64,000 nt of DNA from an uncultured Gammaproteobacteria bacterium (GTDB taxonomy: Bacteria > Patescibacteriota > Patescibacteriia > Magasanikbacterales > UBA922), in contig CAZFUL010000005.1 of NCBI GenBank assembly GCA_964522435.1, positions 21,568 to 85,567 on the forward strand, read 5' to 3'. The position numbers were made by a program, and so were the translations under genes. Under the pieces are notes generated by a model. It had not been told where the DNA came from and searched no databases. It was given only the letters and a program-made list of their open reading frames with translations. This document shows positions 26,543 to 35,993 of the stretch, piece by piece. Positions within the stretch are counted from its first letter, which is position 1. Each line of letters opens with the position of its first letter.

Positions 26543-29026
26543 ATGAATCGATTACGATGTTCCTATATTGTGTTATTTTTCGCTGTATTCAGCCTATTTT
26601 TTGCATTTCCTTCTCTGGCACAAGCAGATAATGCCGTTATAGACGGGGATATGGAAATAGAAGGGCTCCCAGAATGGCGTCGCTATGGGAATCCTGATTC
26701 CTGGACTAAAAACACCACGACGGTGTTTGAGGGACAACAAAGTATGCAAATTATCACGAATGGGACCGGTGGTCGTGGGGGCATACAAAAATTTTTTATT
26801 TCGAATAGCCCTATTTTGCTCTATCCTGATACTCCCTATATCTATCGATTTCGCTATCATTTTACCGGGACTCGTATTACGAGTTATTTAGGTATTACTG
26901 ACTCGAATAGTGATTTTCAAAACATGGTATTTACTACCACTACTGCTTCTCAAGGCTGGCAAACCTATACCCGTGAATTTACTATTTCTTCAGATCGTGG
27001 GTATGCCCTGAATGATGATGGGACGGTATTTGATGTTCGGCTTATTATTACGACACAAAATGCAGAGCTGTACGTTGATAACGTAGAAATTATTGAGAAA
27101 AAAGACATTACGATTACCACACCACAGACATTATTTATTACGCAACGAGATGAAGATAATACGGGTGATATCTTGGTTGAGGGAACCTATGTAGGGACAG
27201 CAGAACAGATTGAGGCCCGCTTTAATGGTGGTGCGTGGACCGTTATCGAAGATATGCCAGAAAACGGCGTATTTTCTGCGGTCTTAGAAGATCAACCCGT
27301 GGGACAAGGAGTACTTGAAGTACGTTTTAGTAATGATGAAGAAGTTGTTGATAGTGTTGAGCAGGTAGGTGTTGGCGATTTGTTTGTCATTGCCGGATCG
27401 AGCAATGCAGAAGGGCAATTACTTGAGCTCACTGAATTTAATCATGAATTTCTTCAGGCAACCGTGTACACCGAAGCGGATGTGTGGCAACTCGCCAACG
27501 GTGCCATTGATAGTGATACGGTCTTTGGTTCATTTTGGCCATTGTTTGCCAGCCGCATCATGACAGAACAACATATTCCTATTGGTTTTATTACTACAGC
27601 TGATCAAAACACAGGTGTGTTGACTGGTGATTGGATACCGGGCGGCGCCGCGTACGTTCAGATGATAGAACAGATCCAAGAAGCAACACAACAACAGCAA
27701 CGCGTTGCTGGCGTACTCTTTATGGGAGGAGAACAAGAGTTGCGGGATCAGATTGATTCTGTTGCCTATGCACTTTCGTTACAAGATGTTGCAATTGGTA
27801 TACAACAAGAGACTGGCAATAGTATTCCAGTATTTATTGGTCAAACTCCCGGTATTATTTTTGGTATTGCAGATGCACAAACAGAAGCAGGGTATCTTAC
27901 GGCTATTCGTGTAGGAGAAAAAATCGCCGTGGATAATATTGAAGGACAAGCGCCACTCTATCTAGGGCCTGAGCTCTATGACATTGGACCATTACGAGAC
28001 AATCAATTTATTACCAATGAGCAAGCGGCTCTTGTTGCCAATCGTTGGGCTCTGCGAGTAAGTGATCAATTATATGCCGAGCAAGATTCAGCTGGTCCAC
28101 TTCTGCTTACCGCCACAAGCACGAGTAGTACACTTACGCTTACCTTTGAAGAAGAAACACTTCCATTGATTATTCAAAACAGCGATGCATTTTTGGTACG
28201 CGATGATCAGGGAAGGGTTGGGATTATTTCTGCGGTGATTGATGCAGAGAACCCACTCATTATTCGTATTGTTCTTGAGCGCGCACTAACGCATCCTGCG
28301 TTTATTTCTTTTGGCACCGGCATAGAAGAAGTCGCCTTGACCGATAGTACCCCAGAAGCCTTTGCTGCTCAGTTTGTTGCGCAAGGAGAGATTGTTCTTA
28401 TTGAACCAGAGGTCGTTGAAGAACCAGAAGATAATGGTGGTGGGGGAGATAACCCCGCAGATGGCGAAGAACCGGAAGAGGATAATGACAATAATCCAGA
28501 GGAAGAACCTGTTGATGACGAACAACAAGAAGAGAATAATCCACCACAAGAACAACCTTTAGGCGCGTATTATTATTTTTCACCAAATAGTCAAAAACCA
28601 GCTTCAGAACAATATATTGATCCAGCGCTCTGTCCACTTCCTATTGATTACAGCTTTTTGGAGCCTAGCACGGGTGAGATTTATTATGTAACCGACCGTT
28701 GTGAAAAACGTCGTTATGCATCCTACGAGGTGTATCGATCATATCAGTACAACTACCGAGAACCGTTTATTGACACAAAAGAACGCTTAGCAGATATTCC
28801 TGATGCAAAAGACGCTACCTTATATTGGGGACCCTATACCAAACTTAAAGGAAATCGGTTAGTAACAAGTATCGCAGATGGAAAGATCTATATTGTATTA
28901 GGAAATAAAAAACATTGGCTTCCCAATAAACAAACCTTTGATGCCTTAGGCTTTCGTCTGGATCAGGTCCTTGTGGTGAGTACTGATTTTCTTTTGTCAC
29001 TTGAGCAAGGAGTCACTATACCTTAA
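26543..29026 (+). CDS. large secreted protein with an SGNH/sialate-esterase-like segment and an acidic linker
   Basis: Signal peptide, a GDLFVIAGSSNAEGQ block resembling the GQSNM esterase motif, and a D/E/N/P-rich low-complexity linker before the C-terminal domain. Confidence 0.6.
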   Translation: MNRLRCSYIVLFFAVFSLFFAFPSLAQADNAVIDGDMEIEGLPEWRRYGNPDSWTKNTTTVFEGQQSMQIITNGTGGRGGIQKFFISNSPILLYPDTPYIYRFRYHFTGTRITSYLGITDSNSDFQNMVFTTTTASQGWQTYTREFTISSDRGYALNDDGTVFDVRLIITTQNAELYVDNVEIIEKKDITITTPQTLFITQRDEDNTGDILVEGTYVGTAEQIEARFNGGAWTVIEDMPENGVFSAVLEDQPVGQGVLEVRFSNDEEVVDSVEQVGVGDLFVIAGSSNAEGQLLELTEFNHEFLQATVYTEADVWQLANGAIDSDTVFGSFWPLFASRIMTEQHIPIGFITTADQNTGVLTGDWIPGGAAYVQMIEQIQEATQQQQRVAGVLFMGGEQELRDQIDSVAYALSLQDVAIGIQQETGNSIPVFIGQTPGIIFGIADAQTEAGYLTAIRVGEKIAVDNIEGQAPLYLGPELYDIGPLRDNQFITNEQAALVANRWALRVSDQLYAEQDSAGPLLLTATSTSSTLTLTFEEETLPLIIQNSDAFLVRDDQGRVGIISAVIDAENPLIIRIVLERALTHPAFISFGTGIEEVALTDSTPEAFAAQFVAQGEIVLIEPEVVEEPEDNGGGGDNPADGEEPEEDNDNNPEEEPVDDEQQEENNPPQEQPLGAYYYFSPNSQKPASEQYIDPALCPLPIDYSFLEPSTGEIYYVTDRCEKRRYASYEVYRSYQYNYREPFIDTKERLADIPDAKDATLYWGPYTKLKGNRLVTSIADGKIYIVLGNKKHWLPNKQTFDALGFRLDQVLVVSTDFLLSLEQGVTIP

Positions 29027-29284
29027 TCCAAGCGACAGTGATACCTGATACCAAAAAAACAGAGAAGAGAGACTCTGTTTTTTTGTGCTACTTTCTTTTT
29101 TTCTCGATCCATTCTTGTACGGTGATATATTCTTGTTGTTCCATAAAATAATTGCCGTCTGGTGAAAATACTTCATACGCTACGGTATGGGGAATAATGG
29201 CTGCCCTGGTAATTATATAGACGGTTAGGAACAGAGCCGGCAGAACAACGACTGTTAGTAATATGGAAATACCTATGCTTTTTT

Positions 29285-30604
29285 TCATAGAGAGGATGAT
29301 GGTTTCTGTGATTGTGTGTGCATGAGTAAAAGCGCGAACAGGCTCCACCAGAGAATGCTCCAATCATTTTTACTATAGGGACTATCAACAAAGCCGGTAA
29401 TAATCCAGGTGGTCATACTAGCGAGTAAATATATCGGCAGGAGATTATTCTTTTTTTGTATTGCTGTGAGAGAGACGCGGATAAACCAGACAAGAAGCCA
29501 GGTAAAGGCAATCATTCCCAAGAGACCCAGGTTCATCCACATGGTTAAAAAGATATTGTGTGGATGGTGAAACACTTCAATCCATTTATCAATACGATAG
29601 GGATAAATGCGTTGTTGATATGAGGCAAGACCTGCTCCAACAACCGGATGTTCGCTAATATATTGTACGGCTTCTCCCCACATGTCAACACGAATTTGAC
29701 CAGAACGATCTTGAGCAAGCAGTTCTTGTTTTATTGGGTGCGTTGCTGGCATGGCAATGAGGATTGCCAAACCCAGCATACCAAGAATAACCGCAGGAAT
29801 GCGTGTTTTTTTATAACACAGCAGCAGGATACCTATTCCTCCTGTTACGCCAATTATTGCGCCGGTTGATTGAGCAAAAAGAATCGCAAACGGGGCGGTG
29901 AGCAAAAAGAGTGCGGAAATAATCGCCGTAGTGATTGATAGGGGGAGGAACTTCTTTCCTTTGTTTTTCCACACGGTTGCAATAACAAATAGCGCAAGAG
30001 GAATAAGTGGGGCTAAAAATAACCCAACCCCATTCGGGAAACCGTACCAACCGGTTATTCGGTAGGTATTACGATTTTCCCAAAAATCCCAGGGCACCAT
30101 CCATCCCGTTTGTTGTTGATAGAGAGAGAGCATTGCCGTAATCAGACCAAGTGTGAGGAGTGGTAAAAAAATGGTATGAGTGATTGCTGATTCTTGTGTC
30201 TGTTTTTTTGTTTTTGTAAACGCTGTTATAAGTATGAGTGCAAACAGTATTGGTTCAATATAAAACGCTTTCCATTCGCCGAGCGCCGCGCGTGTATTGA
30301 TGCTGGTGATGACACTTATCGTTGCGGCAATAATAAAGAGCAGTGTTCCCATACACAAAGAAGGGTGTGTCCGCCAAAGATCCTGAACCGTATGACGAAT
30401 TGTTTGTATGATATGCTTTCGTTCGTGTATTCCCCAGGTGATAATAAGAATCAACAACAATATTTCTAAAAAGGTTGTGGAGATTGGTCCAATGCTAAAA
30501 CGGACCAGGTAACTAGGAAGAAGGAAAAAAAATACCGCAAGCGCAATACGCCAACGAAGCAGAGCGATCGTGGTAAAGCAGAGAAAAGAAATCGTGAGGA
30601 GCAT
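29285..30604 (-). CDS. O-antigen ligase/polymerase-like polytopic membrane protein
   Basis: About 10-12 TM helices with a Wzy/WaaL-like large periplasmic loop. It is adjacent to the flippase. Confidence 0.6.
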   Translation of the reverse strand: MLLTISFLCFTTIALLRWRIALAVFFFLLPSYLVRFSIGPISTTFLEILLLILIITWGIHERKHIIQTIRHTVQDLWRTHPSLCMGTLLFIIAATISVITSINTRAALGEWKAFYIEPILFALILITAFTKTKKQTQESAITHTIFLPLLTLGLITAMLSLYQQQTGWMVPWDFWENRNTYRITGWYGFPNGVGLFLAPLIPLALFVIATVWKNKGKKFLPLSITTAIISALFLLTAPFAILFAQSTGAIIGVTGGIGILLLCYKKTRIPAVILGMLGLAILIAMPATHPIKQELLAQDRSGQIRVDMWGEAVQYISEHPVVGAGLASYQQRIYPYRIDKWIEVFHHPHNIFLTMWMNLGLLGMIAFTWLLVWFIRVSLTAIQKKNNLLPIYLLASMTTWIITGFVDSPYSKNDWSILWWSLFALLLMHTQSQKPSSSL

Positions 30605-30609
30605 AGCAA

Positions 30610-32028
30610 TTAGGAGCGTGAAAAAATTTCAACAAGGGTTTGTTTTTTTATTCCTCCCAGGGCATAGAGGACGACCGCATATATGGCTATTGCCATACCA
30701 ATACGCATGAGTGTATGCAGATGGGCAAAGAACCACAGGGCAACACACATAAGAGCTGTTGCCATACATACTTTGAAAAAGGTTTTATAGGATAAGCGTT
30801 CTCCCAATATACGATGCACGACAATAAATAATAATACCCCAACAAGCAGTTCAGAAAACACACTCATCCATGCGGCGCCAAGCATCCCAAATCGGGGAAT
30901 AAAATAGAGGTATCCAATAAGGGTAATCCCTGCCCCAAGGATATAAATCCACATGGTTTTTTTTTGCTGATCAATAGCCACCGCAACATGGCCAAAAATG
31001 GAGCCAAGGTATAATCCAAATATGGCAAGAGAAAGAATTTGTAATGGGACACCAGCTGCAGAAAATTCTGCGCCAGCAACCAAGGTCATGATGGGTGTTG
31101 CGAGCATATATAAGCCCGCAACCATAGGAATCGCCATCATCATCATGCCATCAAACGATTGTTGATAGCGCTTACTAAAAAGGCTATGGTCTGATTGCGC
31201 ATAGGCGAATCCGAGTAATGGGAGGAGTAGTCCCATAAGGAGCATGGCGGTTTGAGAAACTAAATCAATAACTCGGTAGGCTGCTCCGTAGAGCCCTACT
31301 TCACTCGCGCTTCGCACCAGAGAGAGAATAATCGCGTCACCTTTAAGGTACATCACATTAAATATAATAGAGATGGCAATAGGCCACATTTTTACCATAA
31401 TCGCTTTCCATATGAGCCGATCATAGGAAAAACGCAGCGGTTGTATCTTATTGACGCCATAGAGAAGGTACGCGGTGTGTGCGATGCTTGCCACAGTGAT
31501 TACCCACATAAGCGGGAGAAATCCGTAGGATCCTTTGATAACTGCCCAGAGACCTACGACGAGGACAATACGGCTCATAACTTCTGCAATCGCCTGAATA
31601 TGCATGTTGAGTTTATATTGGAGCAATCCCGTTGCTACTTGGTTGAGGGCAATAGCAATAAAAGAAATAGTAATAATACTTACCGCATGACGAATTTCTG
31701 TCGTATAGGGAAATAAGAGAATGACAAATGGAACCGTTGCTAAACACAGACAGGCCGTGACTAAGCGGAAGGTGAAAATATTTTGAAAAAGTGTTGTTTT
31801 TTCAAATCGTCCTTCGCTTAACATCTGCGCCGTTACCGGGATCATGCCAAAGTCAATGAGAATACCAACAAATTGTAAAAAATAAATTGCTGTCGTATAC
31901 CAGCCAAATTGTTCTTGCCCTAAGTAGCGAGTCATCATGCCAATCGCAATCAAACCTAAAAAGGTAGAAATAATTTTTCCAATCAGTTGAATAATGGTAT
32001 TGTGGGCAATTTTTTTTGTGGTTGACAT
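30610..32028 (-). CDS. polysaccharide biosynthesis flippase (Wzx/MOP superfamily)
   Basis: 472 aa with about 12-14 TM helices and an N-terminus typical of Wzx/MurJ-like exporters. Confidence 0.75.
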   Translation of the reverse strand: MSTTKKIAHNTIIQLIGKIISTFLGLIAIGMMTRYLGQEQFGWYTTAIYFLQFVGILIDFGMIPVTAQMLSEGRFEKTTLFQNIFTFRLVTACLCLATVPFVILLFPYTTEIRHAVSIITISFIAIALNQVATGLLQYKLNMHIQAIAEVMSRIVLVVGLWAVIKGSYGFLPLMWVITVASIAHTAYLLYGVNKIQPLRFSYDRLIWKAIMVKMWPIAISIIFNVMYLKGDAIILSLVRSASEVGLYGAAYRVIDLVSQTAMLLMGLLLPLLGFAYAQSDHSLFSKRYQQSFDGMMMMAIPMVAGLYMLATPIMTLVAGAEFSAAGVPLQILSLAIFGLYLGSIFGHVAVAIDQQKKTMWIYILGAGITLIGYLYFIPRFGMLGAAWMSVFSELLVGVLLFIVVHRILGERLSYKTFFKVCMATALMCVALWFFAHLHTLMRIGMAIAIYAVVLYALGGIKKQTLVEIFSRS

Positions 32029-32138
32029 AGGAAAACACTATGCAAAATATATCACTGTTTCTTGCTTTATTCAATTGTTTCGTTTCGCATATTTTGCTAT
32101 ACTAAAAAACACTTCCTTCTCTTTATCTTGTTAGTATT

Positions 32139-33950
32139 ATGAATAAAGCCTATTATTTTTTTCTCTCACTCGTCGTGATTTTTTTTGCTTGTGTGAGTAC
32201 TGCTCCCGTACAGGCGGCTGATCCAAAACCGACCATCCGCGATGCCCAAGCCTATCAAGCCAAATATGTTTCTCAAAGCGTTGCTGATCCTATTGTTATT
32301 GAGGCAGGGGAAAGTAAGGTGGTGGATATTACCTTTAAAAATACCGGAACCGCAACCTGGAATACCAGCGGTTCTCGCTATATTTCTGCCTACACCATGG
32401 AACCCCGAGAACGGGTATCTGTGTTTTTGAATGCAAAACAGACGAAACCAATTCTTAAACCCGCTAAGCCCGGAGAAAACGCTGTATTACGGTTAACGCT
32501 TACGGCGCCAGAAAAAGTTGGCGAGTATACAGAAGAATTTTATTTAGCTGCAGAAAATTATTCTTGGCTCCAAGGGGGATATTTTTTCTTAAAAATAGTG
32601 GTTGTCCCCAAAAAAACACTGACGGTACAACATACTACCACAACCCCGGTTGCTGCCAGCGGAACACCAGCATCTGCCGCAGATGCAAAGCTCATGGGGC
32701 AAAGCATAAAAACTGTGACAACCAAAGGTGGGGAGCCAGTATCACTTAAAGTGTTGTTTCAACACACAGGCAAAGAGGCGTGGAAAGGCTACAATCTTAT
32801 TGCAAAAGAAGGCTCTGGTGCCGTAATTGCCGATGACTCTTGGAAAGACGCTCGTACTATTGTTGATCGCAGTAGTACGGCAGTGGCGGCGGGAAGTATT
32901 GTAAAAGAGACCATAACCTTTCGAGCGCCATCAAAAGTCGGAAGCTATGAAGCACAATTTTTTCTCGAAGGAAAAGAGCAATCAGCCGCGATTGTCATGA
33001 TACAGGTAACAGAAGATGCAAAGAGCGATACATTGCCATTTGCTCCTGTGGATTCAGAGGTGTCTGAGGAGACCCCGCGTGTGGCAGAGGAACCACGGAT
33101 ACGTGTGGGACTGGTAGGAGAAGGGACGACGGTGCAATTTGTTTCCTATGACGATGAGTATGCCGTACTTGTTGATGGGTTGTCTGAAGGAACATTGCCA
33201 AAAAGAAAAGTAGCTATTGTTATCTATGACAATGGAATTTATCGAGTGCGAGGTGCAGGATTAGACATAAACACGAGCGGCGTGGTTCGCTTTGAACCAA
33301 TGAATAATCCGCATGCCATTATCGAAGTCATGAATGGATTAAAAGATCGTAGTATTGGTTGGGTGGGACCAAGTCGCTTCATCCGCTATCATGGAGCGGT
33401 AGAATATCGTCGTGGGGTAAAAGATGGAGAAATGTATGTGGTAAATGATCTGTTACTTGAGGATTATGTAAAAGGTATTGCGGAAACAGGCAAAGAGGTG
33501 CATGAAGAAGCCGTGAAAGCAAATATTATTGCTGCAAGAACCTATGCCTATTTGAGTAAAGGAAAATATGCGTTTTTTGATGTCTTGGGCAGTACCTATG
33601 ATCAGTTATATTTAGGGGCGGATGTCGCACAGTTTTTAACAAAAGTGCCGCTCGCTACCCAAGCGACACGTGGACAAATGGTGACCTATAATGATGAGAT
33701 TGTTACCACGCCCTATTTTGGCAATTCTAACGGGAAGACAAAAAGTTGGAGTAGTGTGTGGGGAGGGGCAAATAAACCATGGCTTGTTCCCGTCAGTGCT
33801 GCCTATGATGCGGGGCGAAAACAATTTGGTCATGGCGTAGGCATGAGTCAACGCGATGCGGCGCTGAAAGCAGCAAAAGATGCTTGGGATTATAAACAAA
33901 TTTTAGGACATTATTATACCAATACAGACGTTACCCTCATTTATCGCTAG
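32139..33950 (+). CDS. secreted SpoIID/LytB-domain protein with N-terminal Ig-like repeats
   Basis: Signal peptide, and a C-terminal SpoIID-like region (ANIIAARTYAY). Confidence 0.75.
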   Translation: MNKAYYFFLSLVVIFFACVSTAPVQAADPKPTIRDAQAYQAKYVSQSVADPIVIEAGESKVVDITFKNTGTATWNTSGSRYISAYTMEPRERVSVFLNAKQTKPILKPAKPGENAVLRLTLTAPEKVGEYTEEFYLAAENYSWLQGGYFFLKIVVVPKKTLTVQHTTTTPVAASGTPASAADAKLMGQSIKTVTTKGGEPVSLKVLFQHTGKEAWKGYNLIAKEGSGAVIADDSWKDARTIVDRSSTAVAAGSIVKETITFRAPSKVGSYEAQFFLEGKEQSAAIVMIQVTEDAKSDTLPFAPVDSEVSEETPRVAEEPRIRVGLVGEGTTVQFVSYDDEYAVLVDGLSEGTLPKRKVAIVIYDNGIYRVRGAGLDINTSGVVRFEPMNNPHAIIEVMNGLKDRSIGWVGPSRFIRYHGAVEYRRGVKDGEMYVVNDLLLEDYVKGIAETGKEVHEEAVKANIIAARTYAYLSKGKYAFFDVLGSTYDQLYLGADVAQFLTKVPLATQATRGQMVTYNDEIVTTPYFGNSNGKTKSWSSVWGGANKPWLVPVSAAYDAGRKQFGHGVGMSQRDAALKAAKDAWDYKQILGHYYTNTDVTLIYR

Positions 33951-34008
33951 AGCTTGAAATAAAAAACAGAGTGTTTCCACTCTGTTTTTATGTTGATAGC
34001 TATATTTT

Positions 34009-35076
34009 TTATTGTGTTTCTTCTACATCTTCTGCTTCTCCACTTTTACCACCTTCTTCGTCAGGAGCTTGACCACGGTCAACGGCTTCCCAAATTTTTT
34101 CGGTAATTTGTTTCATCAGTTTTGGATTTTCTTTTAAGTGCATTTTTACTTTTTCTCTTCCAACGCCCAATTTTTCTTCACCAAAGCTATAACTGTTTCC
34201 TGATTTTTGTACCACTTTTTCTTGCACCGCAACATCTAACACGTCACCGGCAACAGAAATACCTTCATTATACATAATATCAAATTCGGTCGTTCTAAAT
34301 GGGGCAGCTACTTTATTTTTTACAATTTTTACTTTTACGCGGTTTCCAATAATTTTTTCTGCTTGTTTAATTTGCGCACTTCTGCGAATTTCAATACGAA
34401 CAGAAGAGTAAAATTTTAAGGCGTTTCCACCCGTTGTTGTTTCTGGATTGCCAAAAAAGACCCCAATTTTATTTCGTGTTTGGTTGATAAAGACCACAAT
34501 CGTATTTGTTTTACTCACAATACCCGTTAACTTGCGTAATGCTTGACTCATAAGACGTGCTTGTAGTCCCATGTGTGAGTCACCCATTTCTCCTTCAATT
34601 TCTGCTTTTGGCACTAAGGCCGCAACAGAGTCGATAACCACAACGTCAACCGCATTAGAGCGCACTAAGGTTTCTAAAATTTCTAATGCTTGTTCTCCGG
34701 TGTCTGGTTGAGAAATAAGTAAATTATCAACATCGACGCCAATTTTGCGTGCATAGTCTGGATCAAGTGCATGTTCTGCGTCAATAAACGCAGCAATACC
34801 GCCCTTTTTTTGCACCTCAGCAACAATGTGTTGCGCGAGGGTTGTTTTACCACTGGATTCTGGTCCAAAGATTTCAATAACACGTCCACGTGGGACACCA
34901 CGCACGCCAAGAGCAATATCTAAAGAAATACTTCCTGTTGGAACAACGTCAACATTGGTTGCACGCGCTTCGCCAAATTTCATAATAGAGCCAGCGCCAA
35001 AGCGTTGTTTAATTTGCTCTACGGCGCTTTGTGCTGCGTCTAATTTTGCTGTTACCTGTTCGCTTTGTTTTGCCAT
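34009..35076 (-). CDS. recA: recombinase RecA
   Basis: Walker [10 protein letters not shown] plus the L1/L2 loops, with an acidic C-terminus. Unmistakable. Confidence 0.97.
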   Translation of the reverse strand: MAKQSEQVTAKLDAAQSAVEQIKQRFGAGSIMKFGEARATNVDVVPTGSISLDIALGVRGVPRGRVIEIFGPESSGKTTLAQHIVAEVQKKGGIAAFIDAEHALDPDYARKIGVDVDNLLISQPDTGEQALEILETLVRSNAVDVVVIDSVAALVPKAEIEGEMGDSHMGLQARLMSQALRKLTGIVSKTNTIVVFINQTRNKIGVFFGNPETTTGGNALKFYSSVRIEIRRSAQIKQAEKIIGNRVKVKIVKNKVAAPFRTTEFDIMYNEGISVAGDVLDVAVQEKVVQKSGNSYSFGEEKLGVGREKVKMHLKENPKLMKQITEKIWEAVDRGQAPDEEGGKSGEAEDVEETQ

Positions 35077-35267
35077 AACATATCAAATAATAACCCCAGT
35101 GATTGGGGCGAAGGTTTCCCTTCATTACCAAAAACGTTTCTCTCGTATTGGCGCGCGGTACAGGCACGTCACGTCCAATAATCAATAAATAGTTACATAT
35201 AGATCCCCCCCCTTGTGACCTATAGAATACGTGGTTTTGAAAGCGGTGTCAAACAAAATATATCTGC

Positions 35268-35975
35268 TTATAACTCATTGCTTTGGTGCGCAGAAACAGT
35301 GAGTTGTTGTTCTTTTTTATACACAATATGGCGTGTTTCACTCGTCATTTTTCCGTGTTTTTTTTGAGCAGAAAATATAAGGGTATTTACCCCTTCAGAA
35401 AGACTTATTTCTTCATCAAAGAATCCTTCTTTTGAATTCATAATGGGTTTGCCATTAATATGCACTTGTACCTCAGATTCTGTTTTGCCTTGTACGCGAA
35501 TGAGTGGTGCGCGCGTTACCATACCGTCATAAGGGGCATACACCGCAAGATTGGGTGGCTCAACAATATGTTTTACCTGTAATGCCAAGTACCCGACAAC
35601 GGTGATGAGCAGAAGCATAACCACACTAAAGCGGGCAATAAGCGGAATGTCAGACAAATACGAAAGGAAGGGTTTTTTTTGCTGTTTCTTTTTTTGCGCA
35701 TTCTGGCCCCGGAGTTCCTCAAAGACAAATTGATCAATAAAATGTTTTGGGTGTAAGCCGAGGATTTTTATATAGGAACGAATGAAATTTTTTTGATATA
35801 TTTCAGAAAAAGGAAGATTGTCAAACTGACAGGATTCAAGAGCGGTAATATGGTCTTCGCTGGTGCGCAATTTTTTTGCCATATGTGCCAAAGAAATGCC
35901 ACGCGTTTCGCGAGCTTCTTTAAGACGAAAGCACACTCTCTTTGGGGGAGTAATTTTTTTTGTTGTTAACTCCAT
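35268..35975 (-). CDS. HTH-domain membrane protein (RodZ-like)
   Basis: N-terminal XRE-type HTH, a basic linker, one TM helix and a C-terminal periplasmic domain. Confidence 0.55.
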   Translation of the reverse strand: MELTTKKITPPKRVCFRLKEARETRGISLAHMAKKLRTSEDHITALESCQFDNLPFSEIYQKNFIRSYIKILGLHPKHFIDQFVFEELRGQNAQKKKQQKKPFLSYLSDIPLIARFSVVMLLLITVVGYLALQVKHIVEPPNLAVYAPYDGMVTRAPLIRVQGKTESEVQVHINGKPIMNSKEGFFDEEISLSEGVNTLIFSAQKKHGKMTSETRHIVYKKEQQLTVSAHQSNEL

Positions 35976-35993
35976 ATCGGGGCAACAGAATAA